A stretch of DNA of 40,251 nucleotides from positions 1 through 40,251 of the forward strand of contig JAZRDX010000089.1 in assembly GCA_045660565.1 (NCBI GenBank), written 5' to 3'. The notes below the pieces were generated by a model. It ran no database searches. It was not told the origin of the DNA and was given only the letters and a program-made list of their open reading frames with translations. How positions within the stretch are numbered: the stretch's first letter is position 1; each line of letters starts with the position of its first letter. The position numbers were made by a program, and so were the translations under genes. Origin of the DNA: Eubacteriales bacterium. GTDB taxonomy: Bacteria; Bacillota; Clostridia; Oscillospirales; CAG-272. Of the stretch, positions 28,558 through 36,176 are shown in pieces.

Positions 28558-29874
28558 ATGGCAAACAACCGTACCACCACTCATTCCGCAAGGCACTGTA
28601 TCTTTTGCGGAAAAAATGAAACTCAGGTAGATTTTCTTATACCGTCTCCGACGGGACTTTATATATGTAATCACTGTATCGAAACCTGTAATGAAATTAT
28701 CGGAGAGGTGGAGATAAGCGAAAACATTTCAGGTCTTACCTATGAGACGCTTCCGAAGCCGCAGACAATAAAAAAGATACTTGACGACTACGTAATAGGA
28801 CAGGACGACGCGAAGAAGGCGCTTTCCGTCGCGGTATACAATCACTATAAGAGAATTTTGCAGTCTCCCGCGCTCGGCAGCAGAAAACGTGGAGGGCAGA
28901 AGAAAAGCTCCGACGAGGTGGAGATACAAAAGAGTAACGTTCTTCTTCTCGGACCTACCGGTGTCGGAAAAACCTATCTTGCTCAGACACTTGCAAAAAC
29001 CCTTAAGGTTCCCTTTGCAATAGCCGATGCTACCACGCTTACCGAAGCGGGATATGTCGGTGAGGACGTTGAAAACATTCTTTTAAGACTTATTCAGGCG
29101 GCGGATTACAACGTAGAGCTTGCCGAAATGGGAATTATATATATTGATGAAATTGATAAGATTTCAAGACGCTCGGAAAACCGTTCTATAACACGAGACG
29201 TTTCGGGCGAGGGTGTTCAGCAGGCACTTCTTAAAATTCTTGAGGGAACGGTGGCAAACGTTCCTCCGCAGGGCGGAAGAAAGCACCCGAACCAGGAGTT
29301 TATAAGAATAAACACCGAAAATATACTGTTTATCTGCGGCGGTGCCTTCGATACCATACAGGATATAATTGAAAACCGTAAGGGAAATTCGGCTATTGGA
29401 TTTAACAGTACTATTATGACCAAATCCGAAAAGCTTTCGAATTCGCCGTATAAGGACGTAACACCGCATGACGTTGTAAAGTTCGGTCTTATTCCCGAGC
29501 TTGTGGGACGACTGCCGATAATCGTCAGCCTTGATAATCTCGATAACGAGGCTTTGGTGAGAATATTAAACGAGCCTAAAAACTCTCTTGTAAAGCAGTA
29601 TAAAAAGCTTTTCAGCCTTGACAGAGCCGAGCTTGAGTTTACCGACGGCGCACTTAAGGCTATTTCCGAAAAGGCTATTGACAGAAACACCGGTGCGAGA
29701 GGTCTCAGAGCAATTTTAGAGGAGACAATGCTTGACATTATGTATGAAATTCCGTCGAGAGACGACGTTGAAAAGGTTATTATTACCGAGGAGACGGTCA
29801 AAAGCAAAAATGCACCCGAGCTTGTTTTAAAGGCTGAAAAAAACGCATCTGAAAGCGAAGAAAAAATCGGATAA
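28558..29874 (+). CDS. clpX: ATP-dependent Clp protease ATP-binding subunit ClpX
   Basis: 438 aa. N-terminal C4 zinc finger (CIFCG ... CNHC), [22 protein letters not shown]. Confidence 0.95.
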   Translation: MANNRTTTHSARHCIFCGKNETQVDFLIPSPTGLYICNHCIETCNEIIGEVEISENISGLTYETLPKPQTIKKILDDYVIGQDDAKKALSVAVYNHYKRILQSPALGSRKRGGQKKSSDEVEIQKSNVLLLGPTGVGKTYLAQTLAKTLKVPFAIADATTLTEAGYVGEDVENILLRLIQAADYNVELAEMGIIYIDEIDKISRRSENRSITRDVSGEGVQQALLKILEGTVANVPPQGGRKHPNQEFIRINTENILFICGGAFDTIQDIIENRKGNSAIGFNSTIMTKSEKLSNSPYKDVTPHDVVKFGLIPELVGRLPIIVSLDNLDNEALVRILNEPKNSLVKQYKKLFSLDRAELEFTDGALKAISEKAIDRNTGARGLRAILEETMLDIMYEIPSRDDVEKVIITEETVKSKNAPELVLKAEKNASESEEKIG

Positions 29875-29881
29875 CATTATA

Positions 29882-29914
29882 AAAGGACTAAACTGTAAAA
29901 GCTTAGTCCTTTTT
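29882..29914. terminator. Bidirectional terminator between the convergent clpX and membrane-protein genes
   Basis: 10-bp stem AAAGGACTAA (29882-29891) / TTAGTCCTTT (29903-29912) with an 11-nt loop. A-run on the left, T-run on the right. Confidence 0.8.
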
Positions 29915-29921
29915 GTTATAA

Positions 29922-30881
29922 TTAAATATTGTCGTTTTCCGATTCCGTATTATTTTTATCCTCGCTGAGGTCTGATAAATCCGTTTCCTCCTCTGAAGGC
30001 GTCTTGGAGTCGGTTAAACATTCTGTTTTTTCCGTTGACTGTGAAGCGCTTTCGGTTAAACCTTCTGCATTTTCGTCTCGTTCAATGAGAACCGGAATAA
30101 ACTGACTGGCAATCTTGCCTTTTCCTCTTTTTTTAATATAGAAATAGCCTATAATGCTGAAAACAACCGCTCCGACAAGGTTAACAAACATATCCTTCAT
30201 AGTGTCGATAAGACCGATGTCAAGGTATCCGTTTTCTATTACCACGGTTTTGCCGCCGGCGTATTCTATCGTCGTTTTGGTAATATCGGTAATGGGTGCT
30301 TTGTTTATCGGAGACATAACAGAGGTGAATGATTCTATTATTCTGTCCTTCTGCATATCGTTCATGAAAAGTATATCCGAGCTGAATTCCCAAAACTCCC
30401 AAAGGACTCCGATGGTCATTGAAAAGCAGAACGCGGTAATCGCGACGTATATCGGGGACATTGTGAATTTTATCTTAGGATTTTGGTTAATTATATCAAT
30501 GAGACAGAACCCGAACGCGGCGAATATAAAGCCGTTAGTGGTGTGGAGCATTGTATCCCAAAATGCGTATTTCTGATAAAAACCGCCTATTTCACCGAAT
30601 ATTTCAGCGCAGAAAATGAAAATAAAGGCAAGTGTTTCAAGAACCGTTGGAAGCTCAAGCTTAAAGTTCTTTTCAACAAACGGAGGTATGAGAAAAAGAA
30701 TAAGACAAAGTCCGGCAGTAAAAAGGCTTTCGTAACGTTTATCGACTATACACCGTATCATAACAAGGATTACGGCAATTCGCAGAATGATATAAACGGT
30801 AAAAGCAACCTTGTTTGTTTTTATCTGATCGATAAGCGAGGTGTAATATTTAATTGGAGAAGGGCTTTTCTTTTTTTTCAT
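29922..30881 (-). CDS. Polytopic membrane protein of unknown function with an acidic C-terminal tail
   Basis: ORF 29922..30935. I prefer the ATG at 30881 (AAAGGAGGAAAGG upstream). About 6 hydrophobic helices, WDTMLHTTNG and WEFWEF motifs. The C-terminal ~50 aa are rich in S/T/E/D. Confidence 0.6.
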   Translation of the reverse strand: MKKKKSPSPIKYYTSLIDQIKTNKVAFTVYIILRIAVILVMIRCIVDKRYESLFTAGLCLILFLIPPFVEKNFKLELPTVLETLAFIFIFCAEIFGEIGGFYQKYAFWDTMLHTTNGFIFAAFGFCLIDIINQNPKIKFTMSPIYVAITAFCFSMTIGVLWEFWEFSSDILFMNDMQKDRIIESFTSVMSPINKAPITDITKTTIEYAGGKTVVIENGYLDIGLIDTMKDMFVNLVGAVVFSIIGYFYIKKRGKGKIASQFIPVLIERDENAEGLTESASQSTEKTECLTDSKTPSEEETDLSDLSEDKNNTESENDNI

Positions 30882-30923
30882 GCTTTTTTCCTTTCCTCCT
30901 TTATTATTTTTGTTTATATCTTT

Positions 30924-30952
30924 ATTATACGCCAAGGGTATTTTTAAATCAA
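30924..30952 (-). promoter_or_regulatory. SigA-type promoter for the membrane-protein gene
   Basis: Minus strand reads TTGATT (30952-30947), 17 nt, TATAAT (30929-30924). About 40 nt upstream of the preferred start. Confidence 0.6.
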
Positions 30953-31020
30953 TAAACTTAATATGTCGAAAAAGAAAATTAATGCTCGTTTTTTACATAA
31001 CATTTCGTATTGATTCAACC

Positions 31021-31253
31021 GGCGGCGTACCAAGCTTTCCGGTGCTCCGAAGCTTTCAGGCGCCCTCGGTATCATTTCCAAAAAAGGAAATGATCCCGCC
31101 TTTAAAAAACGTAATTCCTATGGGAATTACCGAAAATATAAATATTTTCGCGGTAAAACCGTGTGTTTTTAAAAGCGGACGCGGTTAGCGAAAGGCTAAC
31201 CGCGTCCGAGGGCGCCTGAGGCAGCGGAGCTTCCACCGAACAATATCGCCGCC
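31021..31253. other. Unassigned structured non-coding element: interrupted GC-rich rod enclosing four perfect hairpins
   Basis: Arm pairings: 31021-27/31247-53, 31040-44/31234-38, 31045-49/31225-29, 31056-69/31206-19. Inner hairpins: 31071-79/31086-94, 31111-18/31123-30, 31131-39/31142-50, 31176-89/31195-208. There is no credible ORF and the strand is unresolved. Confidence 0.6.
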
Positions 31254-31274
31254 GAAGAAATACTAAGGTACAAA

Positions 31275-31320
31275 AAAGGGATGTATTTCCGTTAAGCGAA
31301 AATATATCCCTTTATTTTTT
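31275..31320. terminator. Bidirectional intrinsic terminator (ends the HPr-like gene on the minus strand; also follows the structured element on the plus strand)
   Basis: 12-bp core stem 31277-88 / 31300-11 with one G:U pair, plus two flanking A:T pairs (31275-76/31312-13). 11-nt loop. A6 on the left, T-run 31315-31320 on the right. Confidence 0.75.
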
Positions 31321-31348
31321 GCTTTGTAATTTAGATTTCAGGGTTAAA

Positions 31349-31567
31349 TTATACTATGAAGCGAACAAGCTTTCCGCTGATGTCATCGTCGGAAACACAG
31401 TATATTTCTTCCCACTCCATTTTAGCAAGAATAGCTCCGAGCTGGGATTTTGCACATATCTGCTGATGCTTGTCATCACTCAAAAATACCTGACCGGGAC
31501 AGGTGGAAACGATGGAAACGAAATCCGTAACGTCGGTCATTGTGTTAAGCTCTATACGTACTTTCAT
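31349..31567 (-). CDS. Small HPr-fold-like protein lacking the His15 motif
   Basis: 72 aa. Resembles the short HPr-family proteins of Clostridia. It has a KSQLG block where HPr has KS(I/V)MG (the Ser46 region) and no GIHARPA-type His15 motif. AAGGAGAAAAACAA precedes the ATG. Confidence 0.45.
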   Translation of the reverse strand: MKVRIELNTMTDVTDFVSIVSTCPGQVFLSDDKHQQICAKSQLGAILAKMEWEEIYCVSDDDISGKLVRFIV

Positions 31568-31659
31568 TTGTTTTTCTCCTTATATAAAGAAATTTTATGG
31601 TAAACTAATAAAGTGAAAATGTAAAATGTTAAGTGATTTTTGAGTTTTTACGTTGCTCC

Positions 31660-32427
31660 TTACTGAGCAGCCTCAACGATAACGGTGAAATCGGGAGCCT
31701 TAAGAGACGCGCCGCCGATAAGTCCGCCGTCAACGTTTACCTTGCTAAGAAGCTCAGCAGCATTCTTTGCGTTCATAGAGCCGCCGTACTGGATAACGGT
31801 TGCCTCTGCAACGTCCTCACCGTAAAGCTTTGCAAGAGTAGCTCTTATGGTTCCGCAGGTCTCGTCAGCCTGCTCGGGAGTTGCGGTAAGACCGGTTCCG
31901 ATAGCCCATACAGGCTCGTAAGCGATTATAACGTTCTTCATATCCTCAGCGCTGATGCCTGCAAGGTCGAGCTTTGTCTGCATGGAAACAACCTCGTCGG
32001 TAAGTCCTGCAAGCCTTTCCTCTTTAACCTCACCTACGCAGAGAATAACCTTAAGACCGGCGGCAAGAGCAGCCTTGGTACGAAGGTTAACCGTCTCGTC
32101 GGTCTCTGCAAAGTACTGACGGCGTTCGGAATGTCCTATTATTACGTATTCAACGCCACACTCGGTAAGCATTTTAGCGGAAATCTCTCCGGTGTATGCT
32201 CCGCTTTCCGCAAAGTGTACGTTCTCAGCTCCAACCTTAATGTTTGTGCCTTTAGTAGCCTCAACAGCTACGGAGATGTCAACGTAAGGAACACAGATAA
32301 CTATGTCGCAGCCGTTTTTGCCCGCAACCATGGGCTTAAGCTCCTCAATAAGCGCTTTAGCCTCAGCGGGAGTTTTATTCATTTTCCAGTTACCGGCTAT
32401 AACTACCGGTCTTTTTGCTTTATTCAT
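31660..32427 (-). CDS. tpiA: Triosephosphate isomerase
   Basis: ORF 31660..32439. I prefer the ATG at 32427, because the upstream TTG codon overlaps the GGAG that serves as its RBS. AGNWKMN, IIGHSERR, AYEPVWAIGTG, YGGS. Confidence 0.95.
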   Translation of the reverse strand: MNKAKRPVVIAGNWKMNKTPAEAKALIEELKPMVAGKNGCDIVICVPYVDISVAVEATKGTNIKVGAENVHFAESGAYTGEISAKMLTECGVEYVIIGHSERRQYFAETDETVNLRTKAALAAGLKVILCVGEVKEERLAGLTDEVVSMQTKLDLAGISAEDMKNVIIAYEPVWAIGTGLTATPEQADETCGTIRATLAKLYGEDVAEATVIQYGGSMNAKNAAELLSKVNVDGGLIGGASLKAPDFTVIVEAAQ

Positions 32428-32510
32428 TTTGTTCTCCAATCTGCTGCCTCGCGGACAGCAACTTTAATATTCAGCTTTTTTGTCGAAATAAATACCAAAT
32501 GGTTTAAAAA

Positions 32511-32553
32511 TTAAGGCGTGAAAACAGTTTTTATCAAAGCTTTCACGCCTTAA
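32511..32553 (-). terminator. Strong hairpin between pgk and tpiA (attenuator or processing/stabilising structure)
   Basis: 13-bp perfect stem 32511-23 / 32541-53 with a 17-nt loop. On the minus strand it is followed by AAUUUUUAAA. Confidence 0.4.
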
Positions 32554-32562
32554 GGTTAATAA

Positions 32563-33858
32563 TTACTTGTTGTTAAGGCAAGCAATACCGGGAAGCTCGA
32601 TTCCTTCAAGGAATTCAAGAGATGCTCCGCCACCGGTAGAGATGTGAGTCATCTTGTCAGCAAAGCCGAGCTTTTCAACCGCTGCCGCACTGTCTCCGCC
32701 GCCGATGATGGAGATAGCTCCGCTCTCAGCAACTGCGGAAGCAACAGCCTCGGTACCCGCTGCGAAGTTCTTCCACTCGGAAACGCCCATCGGTCCGTTC
32801 CATACAACGGTGCCTGCGCCCTTGATAGCGTTTGCAAAGAGCTCGCGGGTTGCAGGACCGATGTCAAGTCCCATCCAGCCGTCCGGAATGTCGTCGGAAT
32901 TTACTTCCATATATTCGGTGTTCTCGTCGTAACCCTTACCTACTCTGTTGTCAACGGGGAGAAGGAAGTTAACACCCTTAGCCTTAGCCTTAGCCATCAT
33001 CTCGTTTGCAAGATCAATCTTGTCAGTCTCGCAGAGAGAGGTTCCAACAGTGTGGCCCTGAGCCGCAAAGAAGGTGTATGCCATACCGCCGCCGATGATA
33101 AGGGTATCAACCTTTTCAAGAAGGTTGTTGATAACACCGATCTTATCGGAAACCTTAGCGCCTCCGAGGATTGCAACGAAGGGACGAGCCGGGTCGGCAA
33201 GAGCCTTACCCATTATCGAAATTTCTTTTCCGATAAGGTATCCGCAAACTGCGGGGAGGTAATCAGCAACTCCTGCGGTGGAAGCGTGTGCTCTGTGAGC
33301 GGAACCGAATGCGTCGTTTACGTAAACGTCTGCGTAGGAAGCAAGCTCCTTTGCAAAATCAGCGCCGTTCTTGGTCTCTCTTGCGTCAAAACGAACGTTC
33401 TCAATAAGAACAGCCTCGCCTTCCTTAAGAGCCGCAACCTTTGCCTTAGCATCGGGACCTATGATGTCCTCAGCGAAGGTTACCTTGTCGCCGAGAAGCT
33501 CGTTAAGTCTGTCAGCAACGGGCTTAAGGGGGAATTTTTTCTTGTCGTCGAGAGCCTTTGCAAGGAAGTCAGCCGTAGCTGCTGCCTGCTCAGCCTCGGG
33601 AAGAGCCTCAACCTTCTGCTTTTCCTTCTTTGTAAGACCGAAGCCCTCGGTAAGAATGCTGTGGGGCTTGCCCATGTGAGAGCAGAGGATAACCTTTGCA
33701 CCCTTGTCAAGGAGATACTTAATTGTGGGGAGTGCGCCTACAATTCTCTTGTCGGAGGTGATAACTCCGTCCTTAAGCGGTACGTTGAAATCGCAGCGGA
33801 CGAGAACCTTCTTGCCTGCAACGTCAATGTCTTCGATTGTTTTCTTGTTGTACATCAT
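32563..33858 (-). CDS. pgk: Phosphoglycerate kinase (with an internal insertion of about 35 aa)
   Basis: 431 aa. [54 protein letters not shown]. Confidence 0.95.
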   Translation of the reverse strand: MMYNKKTIEDIDVAGKKVLVRCDFNVPLKDGVITSDKRIVGALPTIKYLLDKGAKVILCSHMGKPHSILTEGFGLTKKEKQKVEALPEAEQAAATADFLAKALDDKKKFPLKPVADRLNELLGDKVTFAEDIIGPDAKAKVAALKEGEAVLIENVRFDARETKNGADFAKELASYADVYVNDAFGSAHRAHASTAGVADYLPAVCGYLIGKEISIMGKALADPARPFVAILGGAKVSDKIGVINNLLEKVDTLIIGGGMAYTFFAAQGHTVGTSLCETDKIDLANEMMAKAKAKGVNFLLPVDNRVGKGYDENTEYMEVNSDDIPDGWMGLDIGPATRELFANAIKGAGTVVWNGPMGVSEWKNFAAGTEAVASAVAESGAISIIGGGDSAAAVEKLGFADKMTHISTGGGASLEFLEGIELPGIACLNNK

Positions 33859-33912
33859 AGTTTTGTTCCTTTCTTATTTTAACAGCATACGCCGATTAAT
33901 TATTCACTTATA

Positions 33913-33941
33913 ATATTATCATAAAAACAGAAAAATATCAA
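33913..33941 (-). promoter_or_regulatory. SigA-type promoter for pgk-tpiA
   Basis: Minus strand reads TTGATA, 17 nt, TAATAT, with TGA giving an extended -10. Confidence 0.6.
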
Positions 33942-34179
33942 GGGGTTTTTAATATTTTTTGGAAAAACTTTCATTTTATATAAGATTTAACGTTTAAAAA
34001 GTGCGGATTTTTATATAATTAACTAAAGATTTCCATATTAATCACATCGCTTTCACATTGAAGCGGTAAAATATATATGTTTCGCCGTTAAAAACGACGG
34101 GTGAAGAATAAATATCCTTTGCCGAGGAACGTACGGGACATATGACACGCATACGGTAAAACAAAAAATCGCTCATATT

Positions 34180-35235
34180 ATGGGGGCAGAAATGTATACA
34201 AAACTTGACGTGAACGGTCTTTATAAAAAAGATGTGTTTAAAAACATTGCTTTTTCGCTTGAGCGCGGAATTCTTTGTATTCTTTCAAAAAAATCCGAAA
34301 GAAGCTCGGCGCTTCTTGACTCGCTCTCCGGTGTAAAAAAAGCCGACGGAGGAGAGATTATCGGGAATGATAACGCGGCATATTTGTCAAAGGGCTCGCC
34401 GCTTCCGGGATATCTTACCGCAGGGGAATACCTTCGTTTTGTTTTAAAGATAAAAAAAGAAGCGGAGATTCCGGACAGCGCGATTGAGATCACCGAAGAT
34501 TTCAGTGAAAAATCAATAGTAACGCTCTCGCCGCTTGAAAAGCTTTCGCTCGGCATCGCGGCATCTCTTATAGGCAACCCTGACTTTATAGCCTTAGAAG
34601 AGCCATACAGCAATTTAACCTTTGATGAATATGGGGATTTTAAGCAGCTTATCATTTCCGCTTCCGAGCAAGTACCGATTATATTTTCATCATCTTCCGT
34701 TTTTGAGTGCAAGGAAATAAGTGATAAAACGCTTGTGCTTTCTACAGGAAATCAGATTTATTTCGGGGACACAAAAACGCTTTTTGAAACGGAAATCAAT
34801 GAAACGGACGTTTGTTGCCTTGTTAAAGGCGATAAAGAGACGGTAATTGCGGCTTTTGAGCGTTATAGCCCCGAAATTGAAGAAACCGTAAGAGAGAATG
34901 TTTTTTTGGTTACCGTGAAAAGCGTTCCGATGTTTCGTGCCGCGGAAACAAGAAGCAGAATCAAGAAGCTGCTTTCAAAAGCAAGACTTTCGCTGCTTGA
35001 AATAAAATCGGAAAAGGAAGCACTGCTTAATATAATAGGCGAGCTTTCCGAAAGCGATAGAAAAAAGCGCGCTGAGTTTGATGAAAAAAAAGCGGTACAA
35101 ACTATAAAACTGAACCGCTCCCTCGTTGCGTTCAATCATGACGAAGAGGATGAAGAGGAAGCCGACACCGTAGACGAGGACGGAGACGAAGGCTTCAAGT
35201 CTGAAGAAGATGAAAAGTTCTCTGAAAATGAATAA
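34180..35235 (+). CDS. ABC-type nucleotide-binding-domain homologue with all catalytic motifs degenerate (GldA-like position), plus a C-terminal domain and a polyacidic tail
   Basis: 351 aa. The start could be the ATG at 34180 or at 34192 (GGGGG lies between them). The NBD scaffold is recognisable, but it reads SKKSERSS at Walker A, LSPLEKLS at the signature, FIALEEP at Walker B and FSSSS at the switch. Confidence 0.65.
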   Translation: MGAEMYTKLDVNGLYKKDVFKNIAFSLERGILCILSKKSERSSALLDSLSGVKKADGGEIIGNDNAAYLSKGSPLPGYLTAGEYLRFVLKIKKEAEIPDSAIEITEDFSEKSIVTLSPLEKLSLGIAASLIGNPDFIALEEPYSNLTFDEYGDFKQLIISASEQVPIIFSSSSVFECKEISDKTLVLSTGNQIYFGDTKTLFETEINETDVCCLVKGDKETVIAAFERYSPEIEETVRENVFLVTVKSVPMFRAAETRSRIKKLLSKARLSLLEIKSEKEALLNIIGELSESDRKKRAEFDEKKAVQTIKLNRSLVAFNHDEEDEEEADTVDEDGDEGFKSEEDEKFSENE

Positions 35236-35293
35236 AATTATTTACTAATAGATTGATATTGCTATTTTTCTTATACAGAAAGGGCTTTGATAA

Positions 35294-36157
35294 ATGAAAC
35301 CTGTTTATTTTCTTACGCTTAAATCTTTTTTGCGTAACATAAAGACATATGTGTTTCTTGCGGTTATGTTTTTAGCGGAGGGTTTTTTCCTTACTTATAT
35401 TAATTTTAATAATCAGTACTCCGCTATAGAATATTCGCTTGAATTTATAGAAATAGTATTAATGCTTGCGCTTCCGCTCATAACGGCTGAGCTGTTCTCG
35501 GCAGATAGGGAAAGCGGGTTTGAAAAAACGCTTTTTGCTTTCGGTGTACCGAAAACGTCGTTTTATTTCGGAAAGGCTCTGGCTACTCTTACCGTCTTTG
35601 CCGTTCCGTATCTGCTTTTAGTTATCGCTCCGTTTATTTTCGACGTGTTTGGAGTTGTAAATTTTGCTGCGGCGTTTGCATCGGTTTTTGCATATTTTCT
35701 TGTGGGTACAGCTCTTATATCCGTGTGTATATTTATTTCCTTATCGGTAAAAAAGAGACTTCATTCCTATATTATATCCTACGCCGTTATGGTCATTGTT
35801 TATTTATTCGGAATTTTCGCCTCGGCAGTGCCTGTAACTCGCGGCTTTAGCTTGCTTCTCTTGACTGTCACCGCGGTACTTGTCGCGGTAGCGATTTATC
35901 TTTTTACAAAATCTTCCCTTATATTCGGCGGATTTTTCTGCCTTGTTGAAGCGCTGTTTATTATGTTTTATTTCATAACGCCAAAGGCGTTTGCCAAAGC
36001 TTTCCCGTTGCTTTTGGAGCTTCTTTCGCCCTGCTCATCTCTTAATACGCTTATATACGGTCCTTTTGATTTAGCGGAGATAGTACACCTTGTGCTTTTC
36101 ACCGCGGTGTTTGCACTTATTTCGTTTGTGCAGCTGTATAGAAGAAAGTATGAGTAA
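35294..36157 (+). CDS. ABC-2-type permease-like membrane protein (GldF-like position)
   Basis: 287 aa, about 6 TM helices. Second gene of the operon. Confidence 0.6.
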   Translation: MKPVYFLTLKSFLRNIKTYVFLAVMFLAEGFFLTYINFNNQYSAIEYSLEFIEIVLMLALPLITAELFSADRESGFEKTLFAFGVPKTSFYFGKALATLTVFAVPYLLLVIAPFIFDVFGVVNFAAAFASVFAYFLVGTALISVCIFISLSVKKRLHSYIISYAVMVIVYLFGIFASAVPVTRGFSLLLLTVTAVLVAVAIYLFTKSSLIFGGFFCLVEALFIMFYFITPKAFAKAFPLLLELLSPCSSLNTLIYGPFDLAEIVHLVLFTAVFALISFVQLYRRKYE

Positions 36158-36176
36158 AGGAAAGGGGGATAAAGAA

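Noticed and set aside
31131-31150. The near-perfect 20-bp palindrome CGAAAATATAAATATTTTCG as a possible Xer/dif recombination site.
   Set aside because: It does not match the Firmicute dif consensus as I recall it (no TATATTATGTnAACT-type arm). It is also embedded in a cluster of other palindromes.
30880-31188. A 102-aa plus-strand ORF and a roughly 41-aa minus-strand ORF run through the structured element.
   Set aside because: Neither has an RBS. Their sequence is dictated by the palindromes (for example the repeated APESFGAPESL). The plus-strand ORF starts inside the neighbouring gene on the opposite strand.
31021-31253. I tried to identify the structured element as 6S RNA, SRP RNA, tmRNA, RNase P RNA, a T-box leader, or a glycine, TPP, c-di-AMP or yjdF riboswitch.
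   Set aside because: None of the diagnostic motifs is present. There is no GGAAGCAGCC-type SRP helix 8, no GAGGAAAGUCC, and no T-box GGUGGUACCGCG next to a terminator. There is only a loose CGCCGAAG resemblance to the glycine aptamer, without GGAGAG...GGGCAA. The multi-hairpin core does not fit the 6S bubble architecture. The element is left unassigned, not disproved.
32644-33882. A 412-aa plus-strand ORF covers almost all of pgk. Similar long mirror ORFs lie opposite tpiA (31633..32514, 293 aa), tig (26243..27034, 263 aa), rnhB (11392..12108), the TIM-barrel gene (7629..8300) and the first ABC gene (216..812).
   Set aside because: For the three I checked (pgk, tpiA, tig), the mirror ORFs are codon-aligned with the real genes: the triplet boundaries share the same residue modulo 3. 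In that frame a stop appears only where the sense gene uses TTA, CTA or TCA. These strongly codon-biased genes avoid those codons, so the antisense frame stays open by construction. The translations are low-complexity, have no RBS, and match no recognisable family.
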